Made by a program: the position numbers and the translations under genes. DNA of 47,732 bases. Origin: a virus (lineage: Duplodnaviria; Heunggongvirae; Uroviricota; Caudoviricetes). Positions 29,680-38,032 of the stretch are shown piece after piece. The notes beneath the pieces were generated by a model. The model saw only the letters and a program-made list of their open reading frames with translations, was not told the origin of the DNA and made no database searches. The stretch's first letter is position 1, and each line of letters begins with the position of its first letter. Location of the stretch: the IMG/VR virus record IMGVR_UViG_2562617057_000003. The stretch is one strand, 5' to 3'.

Positions 29680-29683
29680 TGAA

Positions 29684-29899
29684 TTACTCTCCCCGCGCAG
29701 CCTTACGCTTGTCTTCTCTTATTTTGAAATACAGATTTGTCAGATAAGTCAGAAGCCCCAGAAGCAGACTTCCCAGCACACCAATCGCAGCCCACTGTGA
29801 CGGACTGACCTGATCCAACCACTGCAAAAACCAGTAGCCGGCACTACCTGCTGAGGTGCCATAGGCGACACCCGTTGTTAACTTATCCATGGATTTCAT
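29684..29899 (-). CDS. S: Class II holin / pinholin (phage 21 S-like) with dual-start motif
   Basis: 71 aa [71 protein letters not shown]; two TM segments; M1/M4 dual start. Confidence 0.9.
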   Translation of the reverse strand: MKSMDKLTTGVAYGTSAGSAGYWFLQWLDQVSPSQWAAIGVLGSLLLGLLTYLTNLYFKIREDKRKAARGE

Positions 29900-29966
29900 A
29901 ACCCCACCTCGCAGATGCGGGTGCTGTGTAATGGAAATAAAAAGACCACCTGACGTGGCCACCAGA

Positions 29967-31019
29967 TTATTTCCCCACCAGCTCGTTTATCTCTTTCACT
30001 GTCTGGTTAAACCGCTCTGACTCAAGCTCAACACCTAAGGCCCGACGCCCCAGCGCCATTGCTGCTTTTATTGTGGAACCGGATCCCATAAAAAAATCAG
30101 CAACCAGATCACCAGGTCGACTACTGGCATTGATTATTTGCCTGAGCATATCCGCCGGTTTCTCGCACGGATGTTTACCCGGGTAGAACTGAACGGGCTT
30201 ATGCATCCAGACATCGGTATAAGGCACGGATACTGATACGGAGAAATAGCGCCGGAGAGATTTAAACTCATCCAGCAATTCAGAATATTTGCGATTCAGT
30301 GAATCATAAGATGCCACCAGCTGGTGGTGTGGTTGTTCCAGTTGTTGTTCCTGAAACTTCTCTGCCGCTATATGGGAAAACAGTGCCTGTAACTTCCGAT
30401 AGTCAGCCTCATTCGGCAACTGCCACTGACTGGCACCAAACCAGTGGGAAACCATATTTTTCTTACCTGTGGCTTCGGCAATTTGTTTTGCCGTTATACC
30501 CAGTTCGGCACGAGCATCCCTGAAATACGATATCAGCGGTGCCATTATGTGCTGTTTGAGTTCCCTTTCTTTTGCCGCATAGCCGTCACTTTTGCCGCGA
30601 TATGGCCCCTGGTAATGTTCAGCAAACAGAACGCGCTCTGTGGCAGGAAAATATGCGCGCAGACTTTCTTTATTACACCCATTCCAACGTCCGGACGGCT
30701 TCGCCCAGATGATATGGTTAAGCACGTTGAAACGTTCACGCATCATGATCTCAATATCAGATGCCAGGCGATGCCCACAGAACAGGTAAAGGCTTCCGGC
30801 AGGCTTCAGCACCCGCCAGAACTGCGTCAGACACTGGTCCAGCCATTTCAGGTAATCATCATCGCCCTTCCACTGGTTATCCCAGCCTTCGGGTTTCACT
30901 TTGAAGTATGGCGGGTCTGTGACTATCAGATCGACAGAGTTTTCCGGTAAGGTCTGGATAAATTCCAGGCAATCAGCGTTGATTAACTCACAACTGGATA
31001 TTTTTACAGTATTAATCAT
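29967..31019 (-). CDS. Orphan DNA N6-adenine methyltransferase
   Basis: 350 aa; motif IV DPPY early ([10 protein letters not shown]), AdoMet motif FFMGSGST near the C-terminus; no adjacent restriction endonuclease ORF. Confidence 0.88.
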   Translation of the reverse strand: MINTVKISSCELINADCLEFIQTLPENSVDLIVTDPPYFKVKPEGWDNQWKGDDDYLKWLDQCLTQFWRVLKPAGSLYLFCGHRLASDIEIMMRERFNVLNHIIWAKPSGRWNGCNKESLRAYFPATERVLFAEHYQGPYRGKSDGYAAKERELKQHIMAPLISYFRDARAELGITAKQIAEATGKKNMVSHWFGASQWQLPNEADYRKLQALFSHIAAEKFQEQQLEQPHHQLVASYDSLNRKYSELLDEFKSLRRYFSVSVSVPYTDVWMHKPVQFYPGKHPCEKPADMLRQIINASSRPGDLVADFFMGSGSTIKAAMALGRRALGVELESERFNQTVKEINELVGK

Positions 31020-31169
31020 AGATCAATAAGCACTTCTCTGATAGGCTCATACCGCTTTTGCGCAAAGCAGATGGGCCTGAGGTTTGCTTGTGACCCCAAC
31101 GCATGAGCAGATGGCTGGCAGGTGCCGCTAACACCCACCAGCCGCCCATTACCACAAATTAAAAAGCCT

Positions 31170-31367
31170 TCACTGCGGAAGGCGTCTGTAACAACCGAAC
31201 TGATAATCTGCCAGACCCGCCATAACAAGCTGGGTCAGTATTAACTGGCAGCGTTCGCGTGAAAGGTAAGTATTCTGCGCAATTTCCCCGACGGTCGCCG
31301 GTTCGGTGACGCTTAATTCATTAAACACCACTCTGGCGGTTTCGGTCATATCCTGCTGTTTTAGCAT
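31170..31367 (-). CDS. Small winged-helix-like hypothetical protein (65 aa)
   Basis: ATG 31367 preceded by AAGGG; MLKQQDMTETARVVFNELSVTEPATVGEIAQNTYLSRERCQLILTQLVMAGLADYQ; the longer ORF-track start lies inside the terminator. Confidence 0.5.
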   Translation of the reverse strand: MLKQQDMTETARVVFNELSVTEPATVGEIAQNTYLSRERCQLILTQLVMAGLADYQFGCYRRLPQ

Positions 31368-31490
31368 GCCTTTTTCCCTTTTCCGATTAACGTGACACAC
31401 CAATACCTCTTGTCGAAAAAGCCAGCAAGTTGAAAGACCGGTATTCGCAACCACCAGCGCGTTTAATGTTCTGTACCGCTTTTCGGGCAC

Positions 31491-31517
31491 AAAAAAACCC
31501 GCTCATCGGCGGGTTTA
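31491..31517 (-). terminator. Intrinsic terminator downstream of the Q-proximal antirepressor-like gene
   Basis: Minus strand AAACCCGCCGATGAGCGGGTTTTTTTGTG: GC stem plus 7 T. Confidence 0.65.
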
Positions 31518-31591
31518 AGCTGTGTGGCGTAGTAACCACTCTTAACAGGATATTCAACTTTTTACGATCGTAAAGCGTTCGGGGGAAATTT

Positions 31592-32152
31592 TTAAAGCCG
31601 CATCAACCGCTCCACCAGTTGCTCTTTACGGGCAACGATCCACCCGTGTTGCTCCAGATAAAATTTAAACCGTTCCAGAGTGCATACCATCACATCGGCA
31701 GGTACTTTTTCCGTGAAGTCGACCTGACCGTGTTTATCGAAGTGGATCAGTAATGCGCATCCATCATTTTCGATAGATGTGTTTTGTGCCGCTGGTGGTT
31801 GTTTTTGGTTGAAATAACAGTCTTCCAGTTTTTCGAATACTTCCCACGCCTGATCGGTTTCGAGCATTTTGGCGTGACGGGCTGCTCCGCGTTCTGTCCA
31901 GAGTATGAGCTTTCGGACATTTGGGGCGATCGTTTGAAAATCCCTTAAAGAGATTTTCAAATTTTGGAGGTCTGCGCCTTTCGCAATTATGTAGTGCTTC
32001 CCTTCTGCAAATCGCTCTTTATTACGGTGGTGATTTCTATGAATACACTCGACGCTACAGCCATATAGTTTGGCCAGTAACTCTGTAGTGACAACTGGGA
32101 GCTGGTTGTGTGTGATCGGGGAAAGAGTTTCGACAGAAACTTGAGTCGTCAT
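31592..32152 (-). CDS. Antirepressor-like protein (ORF6N-type N-terminal domain, Ant-type C-terminal domain)
   Basis: 186 aa; C-terminal ...ALLIHFDKHGQVDFTEKVPADVMVCTLERFKFYLEQHGW is paralogous to the C-terminus of the antirepressor at 42835-43392. Confidence 0.7.
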   Translation of the reverse strand: MTTQVSVETLSPITHNQLPVVTTELLAKLYGCSVECIHRNHHRNKERFAEGKHYIIAKGADLQNLKISLRDFQTIAPNVRKLILWTERGAARHAKMLETDQAWEVFEKLEDCYFNQKQPPAAQNTSIENDGCALLIHFDKHGQVDFTEKVPADVMVCTLERFKFYLEQHGWIVARKEQLVERLMRL

Positions 32153-32311
32153 GATAACGCCCTCTGGTTGATGGATTTAACTATCACCACCGTCAGGTTC
32201 CAATCATTGGGTGGTGAGACGTACAGGGTTGGAACTACCGGATCAACCAACCGGCGAGCCTTTCAGCTCCCCCATACGCCCCACCATTATTCAGATGTGC
32301 GTGTGCTTACG

Positions 32312-32338
32312 ACAATAAAAAACACGCTCGCGGCGTGT
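32312..32338 (-). terminator. tR'-like intrinsic terminator about 80 nt downstream of the late promoter
   Basis: Minus strand ACACGCCGCGAGCGTGT (6-bp stem) followed by TTTTTTATT. Confidence 0.6.
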
Positions 32339-32400
32339 GTCTGTCGCGGTTGAATATCCGGGGTTCCAATCCCGACGCCAGATTTTGCTGACGCGCGAGG

Positions 32401-32430
32401 AATATAGCCCCGGACAATGTATATGGTCAA
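32401..32430 (-). promoter_or_regulatory. Candidate late promoter pR' just downstream of Q
   Basis: Minus strand TTGACC - 18 nt - TATATT, starting 5 nt after the Q stop. Confidence 0.5.
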
Positions 32431-32434
32431 GCAC

Positions 32435-32821
32435 CTACATAATTCGTTCTACATATCTGTCCATCTCCAGCCGGATATCAAGCATCATCAACATGCCATC
32501 GATAACCCCTTCCGCCTTCTGCAGGCGCTTACCAACACAGGTATCCGAACATCCAAGTTTCCGTGCCAGACTCATAAAAGTCATTCCATATACGTAATAA
32601 TCCACCAGCAAATCGTGCAAATCCTGATTTTTCTTGTTTAACCGGGCCATACAGCCACAAATTATCATTGCATCATCATCAGAACACTGAGGACGTGATT
32701 TCACTTTCGACGGAATTAACCCTTTAAAACCAGCAGCGATCGACGCCCAGGATACATCTTCATGAGTGTTTGCAGCCCAAGCCCCCCACCGTTCCATAAC
32801 CTGCTGAATATCACGCGCCAT
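32435..32821 (-). CDS. Q: Late antiterminator Q (phage 82 / 21 type)
   Basis: [61 protein letters not shown]... zinc-binding Q82-like; ATG 32821 with RBS AGGTG. Confidence 0.88.
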   Translation of the reverse strand: MARDIQQVMERWGAWAANTHEDVSWASIAAGFKGLIPSKVKSRPQCSDDDAMIICGCMARLNKKNQDLHDLLVDYYVYGMTFMSLARKLGCSDTCVGKRLQKAEGVIDGMLMMLDIRLEMDRYVERIM

Positions 32822-32826
32822 CGTTA

Positions 32827-33189
32827 TCACCTGTGATTTCGTAAATCTTCACGCCCAGCCGCCCCCCCAGGAACGCGCTGACCGCGCACAATATTGATTT
32901 CATCAAACTGCTCGTCGTCTATGAGAAGTCCGGCATGCGTCAGCGCATCCAGTGGTGCTTTCAGGATATTGTCCAGGTCACGACGACGTTTATCCGGTGG
33001 CTCTGCAATAATCTTTATCGCCAGCCTTCCGGACAGGTTTAATTTCAGCCGCTGCTGGCGAACAATAAGCGCCACATCACGGCGATAACGCTCACCGGCT
33101 TTTGATACAAAATATGTGCTGCCACGACGTCGCCAGTAAGTGTTCACCGTTGGCGGGTAAGGCAAAACAAATTCTATGCGTTCAGTCAT
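32827..33189 (-). CDS. rusA: RusA Holliday-junction resolvase
   Basis: 120 aa, ...[13 protein letters not shown]...[30 protein letters not shown] RusA motifs. Confidence 0.9.
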   Translation of the reverse strand: MTERIEFVLPYPPTVNTYWRRRGSTYFVSKAGERYRRDVALIVRQQRLKLNLSGRLAIKIIAEPPDKRRRDLDNILKAPLDALTHAGLLIDDEQFDEINIVRGQRVPGGAAGREDLRNHR

Positions 33190-34254
33190 TCATGCTTTCC
33201 ACTTCAGGACACCCGAATTTCTCGCGTGCATTAAAAAACGAATCAGCAACAACAGCTGGCTGCTGTGTTTTTCTTCAAAATCTTTTACCCCGGCGTGCAG
33301 TTCGTTATGACATTTACGGCACAACGGAATAACAAACAAATCGTCAGCCTTTGTTCCCATCCCTCCCAGTCCATGACCAATGATGTGATGCGGATCATCT
33401 GCCTGATTGCCACACGTCATGCATTTCTGCGTTTTTACCCAACGCGTGTATACAGGCATCTCTTCCCGTTGTGGTTTCTGGCGCTGGAGATACTGAGCCG
33501 GAGATTCCGGATCAACGGCAATGCTGACCACCGTCTTTTCCTGTGGTGGGTTCTGTTGCTGGTGCTGGTGGACGTGAGGCGGTAGCGCAATATTTTTTGT
33601 GCGCTGCTTCAGTATGCTGGTGGCTGTCTGTTCTCCCGGTATGATGTCGCTCTCGCGGTATATTGAGCGGATTTTTTCTGCTCGTACCCCCAGAGAGCGA
33701 CGTAATACTGCCTCCGGCAGTGCGTCCGCTACCTGATTGCAGACTGCCCACCAGGATAATTCAGCCAGCGATAACTCCCGCTCCTGCGTGCCATTCACTG
33801 CATGGCGTATGACGTCAATCATCCATGCTGACAGGTTTTGATGAGCAAGTTGCCCGAGTGATTCGGAGGTCTGGTCACGCAGCTGGTTGTCGCAGTGCCA
33901 GCACAACACCATCGCGCCGGTACCATAACGATGTATGACGATTTCACTGTGATGATAGTCACCATGAGGCCACTGGCAGGATTTGACATGACGCAACAGC
34001 CAGTCAGACAGTGCCCCAGCGCCGCCAGCAGCACGAATCACCCGATCATCGCTGAAAAATGGCAGTAATGATTTATCCTCCGCCAGCGGCTGGCGAACGG
34101 CAGGGACGACTCCGGATGGCAGGCCGCACATGCTTTTCGGTTCCGGCTCCACGAGCACTCGAAGATTGTGAAATACCTGCATGGATTCACGACCTGGCTT
34201 AAGGACCACCAGCCCGAGTTCCGGCACCAGAACAGGTCTAAGTAATACCCGCAC
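33190..34254 (-). CDS. DUF968-type protein with C-terminal HNH/zinc-finger motif (YdfU-like)
   Basis: 354 aa; C-terminus CMTCGNQADDPHHIIGHGLGG...PLCRKCHNELH; start uncertain (GTG 34254 or ATG 34182). Confidence 0.78.
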   Translation of the reverse strand: MRVLLRPVLVPELGLVVLKPGRESMQVFHNLRVLVEPEPKSMCGLPSGVVPAVRQPLAEDKSLLPFFSDDRVIRAAGGAGALSDWLLRHVKSCQWPHGDYHHSEIVIHRYGTGAMVLCWHCDNQLRDQTSESLGQLAHQNLSAWMIDVIRHAVNGTQERELSLAELSWWAVCNQVADALPEAVLRRSLGVRAEKIRSIYRESDIIPGEQTATSILKQRTKNIALPPHVHQHQQQNPPQEKTVVSIAVDPESPAQYLQRQKPQREEMPVYTRWVKTQKCMTCGNQADDPHHIIGHGLGGMGTKADDLFVIPLCRKCHNELHAGVKDFEEKHSSQLLLLIRFLMHARNSGVLKWKA

Positions 34255-34255
34255 G

Positions 34256-34534
34256 TTACCTCCAGATTCGTTGCTGGTATGTGCGGGATGAACGCGGTGG
34301 GCGTTCGGAGTAAGGGAGTCTGACTGAGATTATCCAGTGACGGTAGTCGAGGCTAAGAGCTTTCTTAACCTCGTATCCGCGCCTGCGGTAACACTGAATT
34401 ATCCATTCCGCCTGCTCTTCAGTGCATGGAGGATGCTGGAACCAGTCTGATTTGAATGCGTGAAAACGCCGTCCGCACCTACTGGCAAAGACGGCAGAAT
34501 CATTAGAATTGTGTAATTTGGTATCGTGCGCCAT
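34256..34534 (-). CDS. Hypothetical protein (about 92 aa); start uncertain
   Basis: ORF-track ORF extends to 34663, but 34600-34701 carries two terminator-like hairpins, so the ATG at 34534 is preferred. Confidence 0.45.
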   Translation of the reverse strand: MAHDTKLHNSNDSAVFASRCGRRFHAFKSDWFQHPPCTEEQAEWIIQCYRRRGYEVKKALSLDYRHWIISVRLPYSERPPRSSRTYQQRIWR

Positions 34535-34599
34535 CGGTTGTCTCTGCTGGCGCAGCAGGTGCCAGTTGTTCAGGCTGGCGTGCGAATTGTAAACCAGAA

Positions 34600-34633
34600 T
34601 GCCAGGAAAAAACAAAACCCGCCGAAGCGGGTT
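34600..34633 (-). terminator. Intrinsic terminator downstream of hok
   Basis: Minus strand stem CCCGC/GCGGG with a 4-nt loop followed by TTTTGTTTTTTCC; a second perfect 9-bp hairpin GGCGAGGGA-TTTC-TCCCTCGCC at 34680-34701 abuts the hok stop. Confidence 0.6.
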
Positions 34634-34701
34634 ACGTGCGGGTGCGTTGAGGATGCCTGACACATCAGAGGTGGCGAGGGATTTCTCCCTCGCCTGGTCT
34701 C

Positions 34702-34857
34702 TTACTCCTCAGGTTCGTAAGCTGTGAAGACAGCGACCTCCGTCTGGCCGGTTCGGATTCGTACCTCGCAGAGGTCTTTCCTCGTTACCAGTGCCGTCAC
34801 AATGACGGTAATACAGATGACGATCAGGGCGACTAACATCGCCTTTTGCTGCTTCAT
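34702..34857 (-). CDS. hok: Hok/Gef-family type I toxin
   Basis: 51 aa MKQQKAMLVALIVICITVIVTALVTRKDLCEVRIRTGQTEVAVFTAYEPEE, near-identical to E. coli HokD/RelF-type toxins. Confidence 0.9.
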   Translation of the reverse strand: MKQQKAMLVALIVICITVIVTALVTRKDLCEVRIRTGQTEVAVFTAYEPEE

Positions 34858-35068
34858 AGCCTGCTTCTCCTTGCCTTTCGGCACGTAAGAGGCTAACCTA
34901 GATTTGCCGTTCATAGATTGAGCCTCAGATTAATGTTAAGCGTCTTGCCGGACGCGTAATGTTAACTGGGGCTTTTCTCTATCTGCCTTTTGGTGTTCAT
35001 GCCTGAGACAGATAGCCTCAAGCACCCGCTGCAATTCTACTTAACTCTCCTTTTCCCGCAAACCGTTT
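34858..35068 (-). promoter_or_regulatory. hok mRNA leader (mok-like upstream ATG; expected site of antisense Sok RNA)
   Basis: About 210-nt leader with an in-frame upstream ATG at 34914 and several hairpins, as in hok/sok loci; Sok promoter not pinpointed. Confidence 0.45.
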
Positions 35069-35152
35069 TTATCCCCAGCGGCAAATCGAATACACCACCA
35101 GCGCCACCGCCAGTGCGATTCCTACCGTTGTGAATGCTTCAGACCAGGTCAT
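35069..35152 (-). CDS. Putative 27-aa hydrophobic peptide coupled to the upstream 171-aa gene
   Basis: ATG overlaps the upstream stop (ATGA); MTWSEAFTTVGIALAVALVVYSICRWG, a single TM-like helix; not in ORF track (under 60 aa). Confidence 0.35.
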   Translation of the reverse strand: MTWSEAFTTVGIALAVALVVYSICRWG

Positions 35153-35664
35153 CGTAAAACATCCTCCACGCTTATCAGTCCATTTCGTTTCAGGTAATCC
35201 ATCGCCTTCTCCGGTAATTTGCAGTCCGGCTGAGCTTTTTTCAGTTGACTGACCAGTCGTTTAACCCACATTGTTAATTCGCTAACCTGATTACTGGATG
35301 CTAGTGGATTGTCAGCTTTACCCAGAATGGCAGCACAGCAGGCCTCTTTGAGTACCCAATCAACAGCATCTTTCCATGCTCCTGTTTCAGCTGGCGGATT
35401 TTCACGCTTTACCTGTTCATAAAAGCGCACGGCTTTAACCAGTCCTTCTGATGTCACCGGGACTGGCGGGGCAGTGAATAAGGCCTGAATCTCATAGCTC
35501 GGCCTGTCGTTGCAATCCTCTTTTGTCGGTACATATTTCCAGTCACCAACCCACATCTTCTCCTGAAAGTCCGTAACGCTTTTTTTCACATAGCGATATC
35601 GCCATGCAACTGGTTTTGCCTGCCCTACCGTTTCATGCCCTTCCTGATAATTAATCTCGCTCAT
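35149..35664 (-). CDS. Hypothetical 171-aa nin-region protein
   Basis: Long ORF with ATG start coupled to the upstream small ORF (ATGA overlap); no family recognised. Confidence 0.65.
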   Translation of the reverse strand: MSEINYQEGHETVGQAKPVAWRYRYVKKSVTDFQEKMWVGDWKYVPTKEDCNDRPSYEIQALFTAPPVPVTSEGLVKAVRFYEQVKRENPPAETGAWKDAVDWVLKEACCAAILGKADNPLASSNQVSELTMWVKRLVSQLKKAQPDCKLPEKAMDYLKRNGLISVEDVLR

Positions 35665-35837
35665 TCATCGCCCCACTCATCACAATATGCTTCGACCGGT
35701 GTTTTTCCTGCTTCATAATCATCACGCCATGCATCGGCATCAGCAGCACTTCCACCGCGTAACTCTGCATAGGCCATTAACAGTTCATGCCATTCTTTAA
35801 AACTGACGTTGTATTTAGTTGAACCAAAATCAGCCAT
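35661..35837 (-). CDS. Putative 58-aa protein (not in ORF track)
   Basis: MADFGSTKYNVSFKEWHELLMAYAELRGGSAADADAWRDDYEAGKTPVEAYCDEWGDE; fills the gap between flanking ORFs and its stop overlaps the next ATG (ATGA). Confidence 0.45.
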   Translation of the reverse strand: MADFGSTKYNVSFKEWHELLMAYAELRGGSAADADAWRDDYEAGKTPVEAYCDEWGDE

Positions 35838-36012
35838 TTTGTTCTTCCTCTTCGTCTTTTATTTCGTGATATGAATAATTGCAGTAGTTAAAGAAAATTT
35901 CTTTTGCTTCGTCATGAATTTCATCAGGTGTTGCGTCATCGTCCACTTCGAATACATCCTCAAAATCTCCACCAGCTATTCCAGTTTCAATAATTATTTT
36001 GAACTTTCGCAT
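35830..36012 (-). CDS. Hypothetical 60-aa acidic protein
   Basis: ATG start; very acidic C-terminus (DEEEEQNG). Confidence 0.45.
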   Translation of the reverse strand: MRKFKIIIETGIAGGDFEDVFEVDDDATPDEIHDEAKEIFFNYCNYSYHEIKDEEEEQNG

Positions 36013-36107
36013 TTCACTACCGCCCTTTCAGGCGGCCTCCTGATGTTCTGAGGGTGCAGAAATCCCTCCGGTTAAGGATTAAATTTTATTTGCTGTGCTA
36101 AATTTAA

Positions 36108-36563
36108 TTATTCAGTTTTTATTCCTGCTCTCAAAACAGCCTCTGCCATTCTGATATCCGGATTTTCTGAAATCATCTTTTCCGGCGAGTCGCAATCACC
36201 ACCACATTCAGTTATGCGTTCATGACCAAAACGAATTGTGGTTTTGTGCGCATTAATCATTTGTGTAAGCGCATCTGTCAATTCTGCAATGCGTTTGTCT
36301 TTAACTTCCAGCTCTTTCAGTAAAGCCAGTACGTCAGGATCGCTAACATCAACGACGGTTACGCGCGATTTCAGGTAATGCTCATCCGCAAAAGTTCGAC
36401 CAGTTTTAAAATATCCATCATCCCCCTCACCTGTGCAGGCATACACAATATGCGTTCTGGAAAATATGCGCTGTATCGACATTTCATCGCCACAAACAGG
36501 ACATTCCGGCACCTGAATTGGTGAATAACGTTCACGTAATGCCTGGTAATTAGTCTTGCACAC
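36108..36563 (-). CDS. Hypothetical 151-aa protein with Cys-rich zinc-finger-like motifs
   Basis: GTG start with RBS AGGAG 7 nt upstream; CPVCG near the N-terminus and CGGDCD near the C-terminus. Confidence 0.6.
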   Translation of the reverse strand: MCKTNYQALRERYSPIQVPECPVCGDEMSIQRIFSRTHIVYACTGEGDDGYFKTGRTFADEHYLKSRVTVVDVSDPDVLALLKELEVKDKRIAELTDALTQMINAHKTTIRFGHERITECGGDCDSPEKMISENPDIRMAEAVLRAGIKTE

Positions 36564-36849
36564 TGGCTGTCTCCTGAAAAATCACCGCATGCCCCAGTTT
36601 CTCCGCCAGCGCCAGTTCTGCCTTAGCGCCTGCCGACCGATGCCAGCCTTTCAGCATGTAAATCGTATCCACACAGCGGAGCATCGCCGTACAAATATCC
36701 ATGTACTGCGCCTGTGTCAGCCCACCAGGAAGCACTGCCGGATTCAACACCGTGCACCCTTTCTGTTTCAGCTTCTCTTCCGCCTCGTGAAATGCCTCAC
36801 GGTTGAAATTTTTATACCCGGTCATCGGCCCTGCGATATAAACCCTCAT
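36550..36849 (-). CDS. DUF4406-like protein (nucleoside deoxyribosyltransferase-like fold)
   Basis: 99 aa MRVYIAGPMTGYKNFNREAFHEAEEKLKQKGCTVLNPA...; ATGA coupling to the upstream gene. Confidence 0.7.
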   Translation of the reverse strand: MRVYIAGPMTGYKNFNREAFHEAEEKLKQKGCTVLNPAVLPGGLTQAQYMDICTAMLRCVDTIYMLKGWHRSAGAKAELALAEKLGHAVIFQETASVQD

Positions 36850-37265
36850 ATCGTTGCTCCGTTATTACCCCTGTAAAACATCAAAACTCGCTGCATAACT
36901 TCACTTCTCCGGCACTCGCGACAGATTATGTTCTGTCGTCTGTTGTAACGACGTATTTCTCCGTCTGGTAATGACCAGATAAGGTCAGGATCAACCACAA
37001 CCGGTTTCCTCACCTTTACTCTCGAGAGTTTTTTGCGGGCGCTTTGCCAGTCCTTGCGAGCCTGTTCAGACGGGAATAAGCCGTAGCCAGAATTATATAC
37101 ATCACCACTTGCGACCAGTTCCATGCATAAGCGACCGACAGACGCACGACTGATACCTGTTTCATCTGACAACTGCCGAATCGTGACCCGACCGTCCTGA
37201 TGCACGAGTTCCACAATTCGCGTCTTCAGTTCTTCCCGCTGTTCGGGAGTAAAAGGTTTCGCCAT
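36846..37265 (-). CDS. Hypothetical 139-aa HTH-containing protein
   Basis: Strong RBS AGGAGG 4 nt upstream; HTH-like segment VTIRQLSDETGISRASVGRL. Confidence 0.65.
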   Translation of the reverse strand: MAKPFTPEQREELKTRIVELVHQDGRVTIRQLSDETGISRASVGRLCMELVASGDVYNSGYGLFPSEQARKDWQSARKKLSRVKVRKPVVVDPDLIWSLPDGEIRRYNRRQNIICRECRRSEVMQRVLMFYRGNNGATI

Positions 37266-37279
37266 AAATCCTCCTGAAA

Positions 37280-38026
37280 CTACTTAACAACCCTCGAATG
37301 GCTAACATTCGGACGCCAGCTCTCCCAGTTAAAATTCACCCAGCGCCCGCCGTTCATGACCATGCGATCCATCACCCGCTCGCCGAGAAGTGTATTCATC
37401 GCTGCATGGTTAATATTTGTCAGCATCCCCACACCGCGTAACGATGCCGTCCGGCGATCAACAATCTGGTTCAGTACCACCTGCTCGTTTTTCGTATCCC
37501 GCTGCATGCCAATTTCATCCAGGACCAGCAGGTCAACACCACAAAGCTCCTGTAAAAATTTTTCACCGGATTTGCCGTTGTCGTAGCTCTCATGCAACAC
37601 GCTCATGACATCGGACACGGTGACGATAATCACGCTACGCCCCTTCGCCATCAGCCGGTTGCCAATCGCGGCTGCAAGATGATTTTTTCCGGTGCCGGGC
37701 TTACCGCTGAACACAAAATTCGTGCACCCGGTCATCAGTTCGTCAGCGATGGATTTTGCCTGGCTCAGCGCGTGTTTTTGCCCGTCGTTCTGCACCTGAT
37801 AATTCGCAAACGAGCATTTGCTGTGCAGAGGCTGGATGCCCGAACGATTCAGGATTTTTTCCACCCGCAACTGGCGATTCTGGCGGTTGATCTCCTCGCT
37901 ACGTTTTCGCCCTTCTGCTAGTTGCCACTCGCGCCACTCGTCCACTGTCCGGTACGGCGCGATTACATGCCGCGGGGCCAGCTTACGGATACGCTCAAGA
38001 ACACCACCTGCCGCGATATTTTTCAT
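37280..38026 (-). CDS. DnaC-like helicase loader (IstB-type AAA+ ATPase)
   Basis: 248 aa; Walker A GKPGTGKNHLAAAIG and Walker B LLVLDEIG. Confidence 0.88.
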   Translation of the reverse strand: MKNIAAGGVLERIRKLAPRHVIAPYRTVDEWREWQLAEGRKRSEEINRQNRQLRVEKILNRSGIQPLHSKCSFANYQVQNDGQKHALSQAKSIADELMTGCTNFVFSGKPGTGKNHLAAAIGNRLMAKGRSVIIVTVSDVMSVLHESYDNGKSGEKFLQELCGVDLLVLDEIGMQRDTKNEQVVLNQIVDRRTASLRGVGMLTNINHAAMNTLLGERVMDRMVMNGGRWVNFNWESWRPNVSHSRVVK

Positions 38027-38032
38027 GGCCCG

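Noticed and set aside
32355-32380. tRNA-like T-loop motif GGTTCCAATCC in the Q-proximal region
   Set aside because: No matching acceptor stem, D-arm or anticodon arm could be drawn around it; it lies inside the predicted short pR' transcript.
29900-32434. Possible Shiga toxin or tRNA cargo between Q and the holin
   Set aside because: No stxA/stxB-like ORFs or tRNA structures are present; the slot is occupied by the methyltransferase, a small HTH ORF and an antirepressor-like gene.
34858-34914. In-frame N-terminal extension of Hok to 70 aa
   Set aside because: Hok-family toxins are about 50 aa starting MKQQKAML; the upstream ATG is better explained as part of the mok-like leader.
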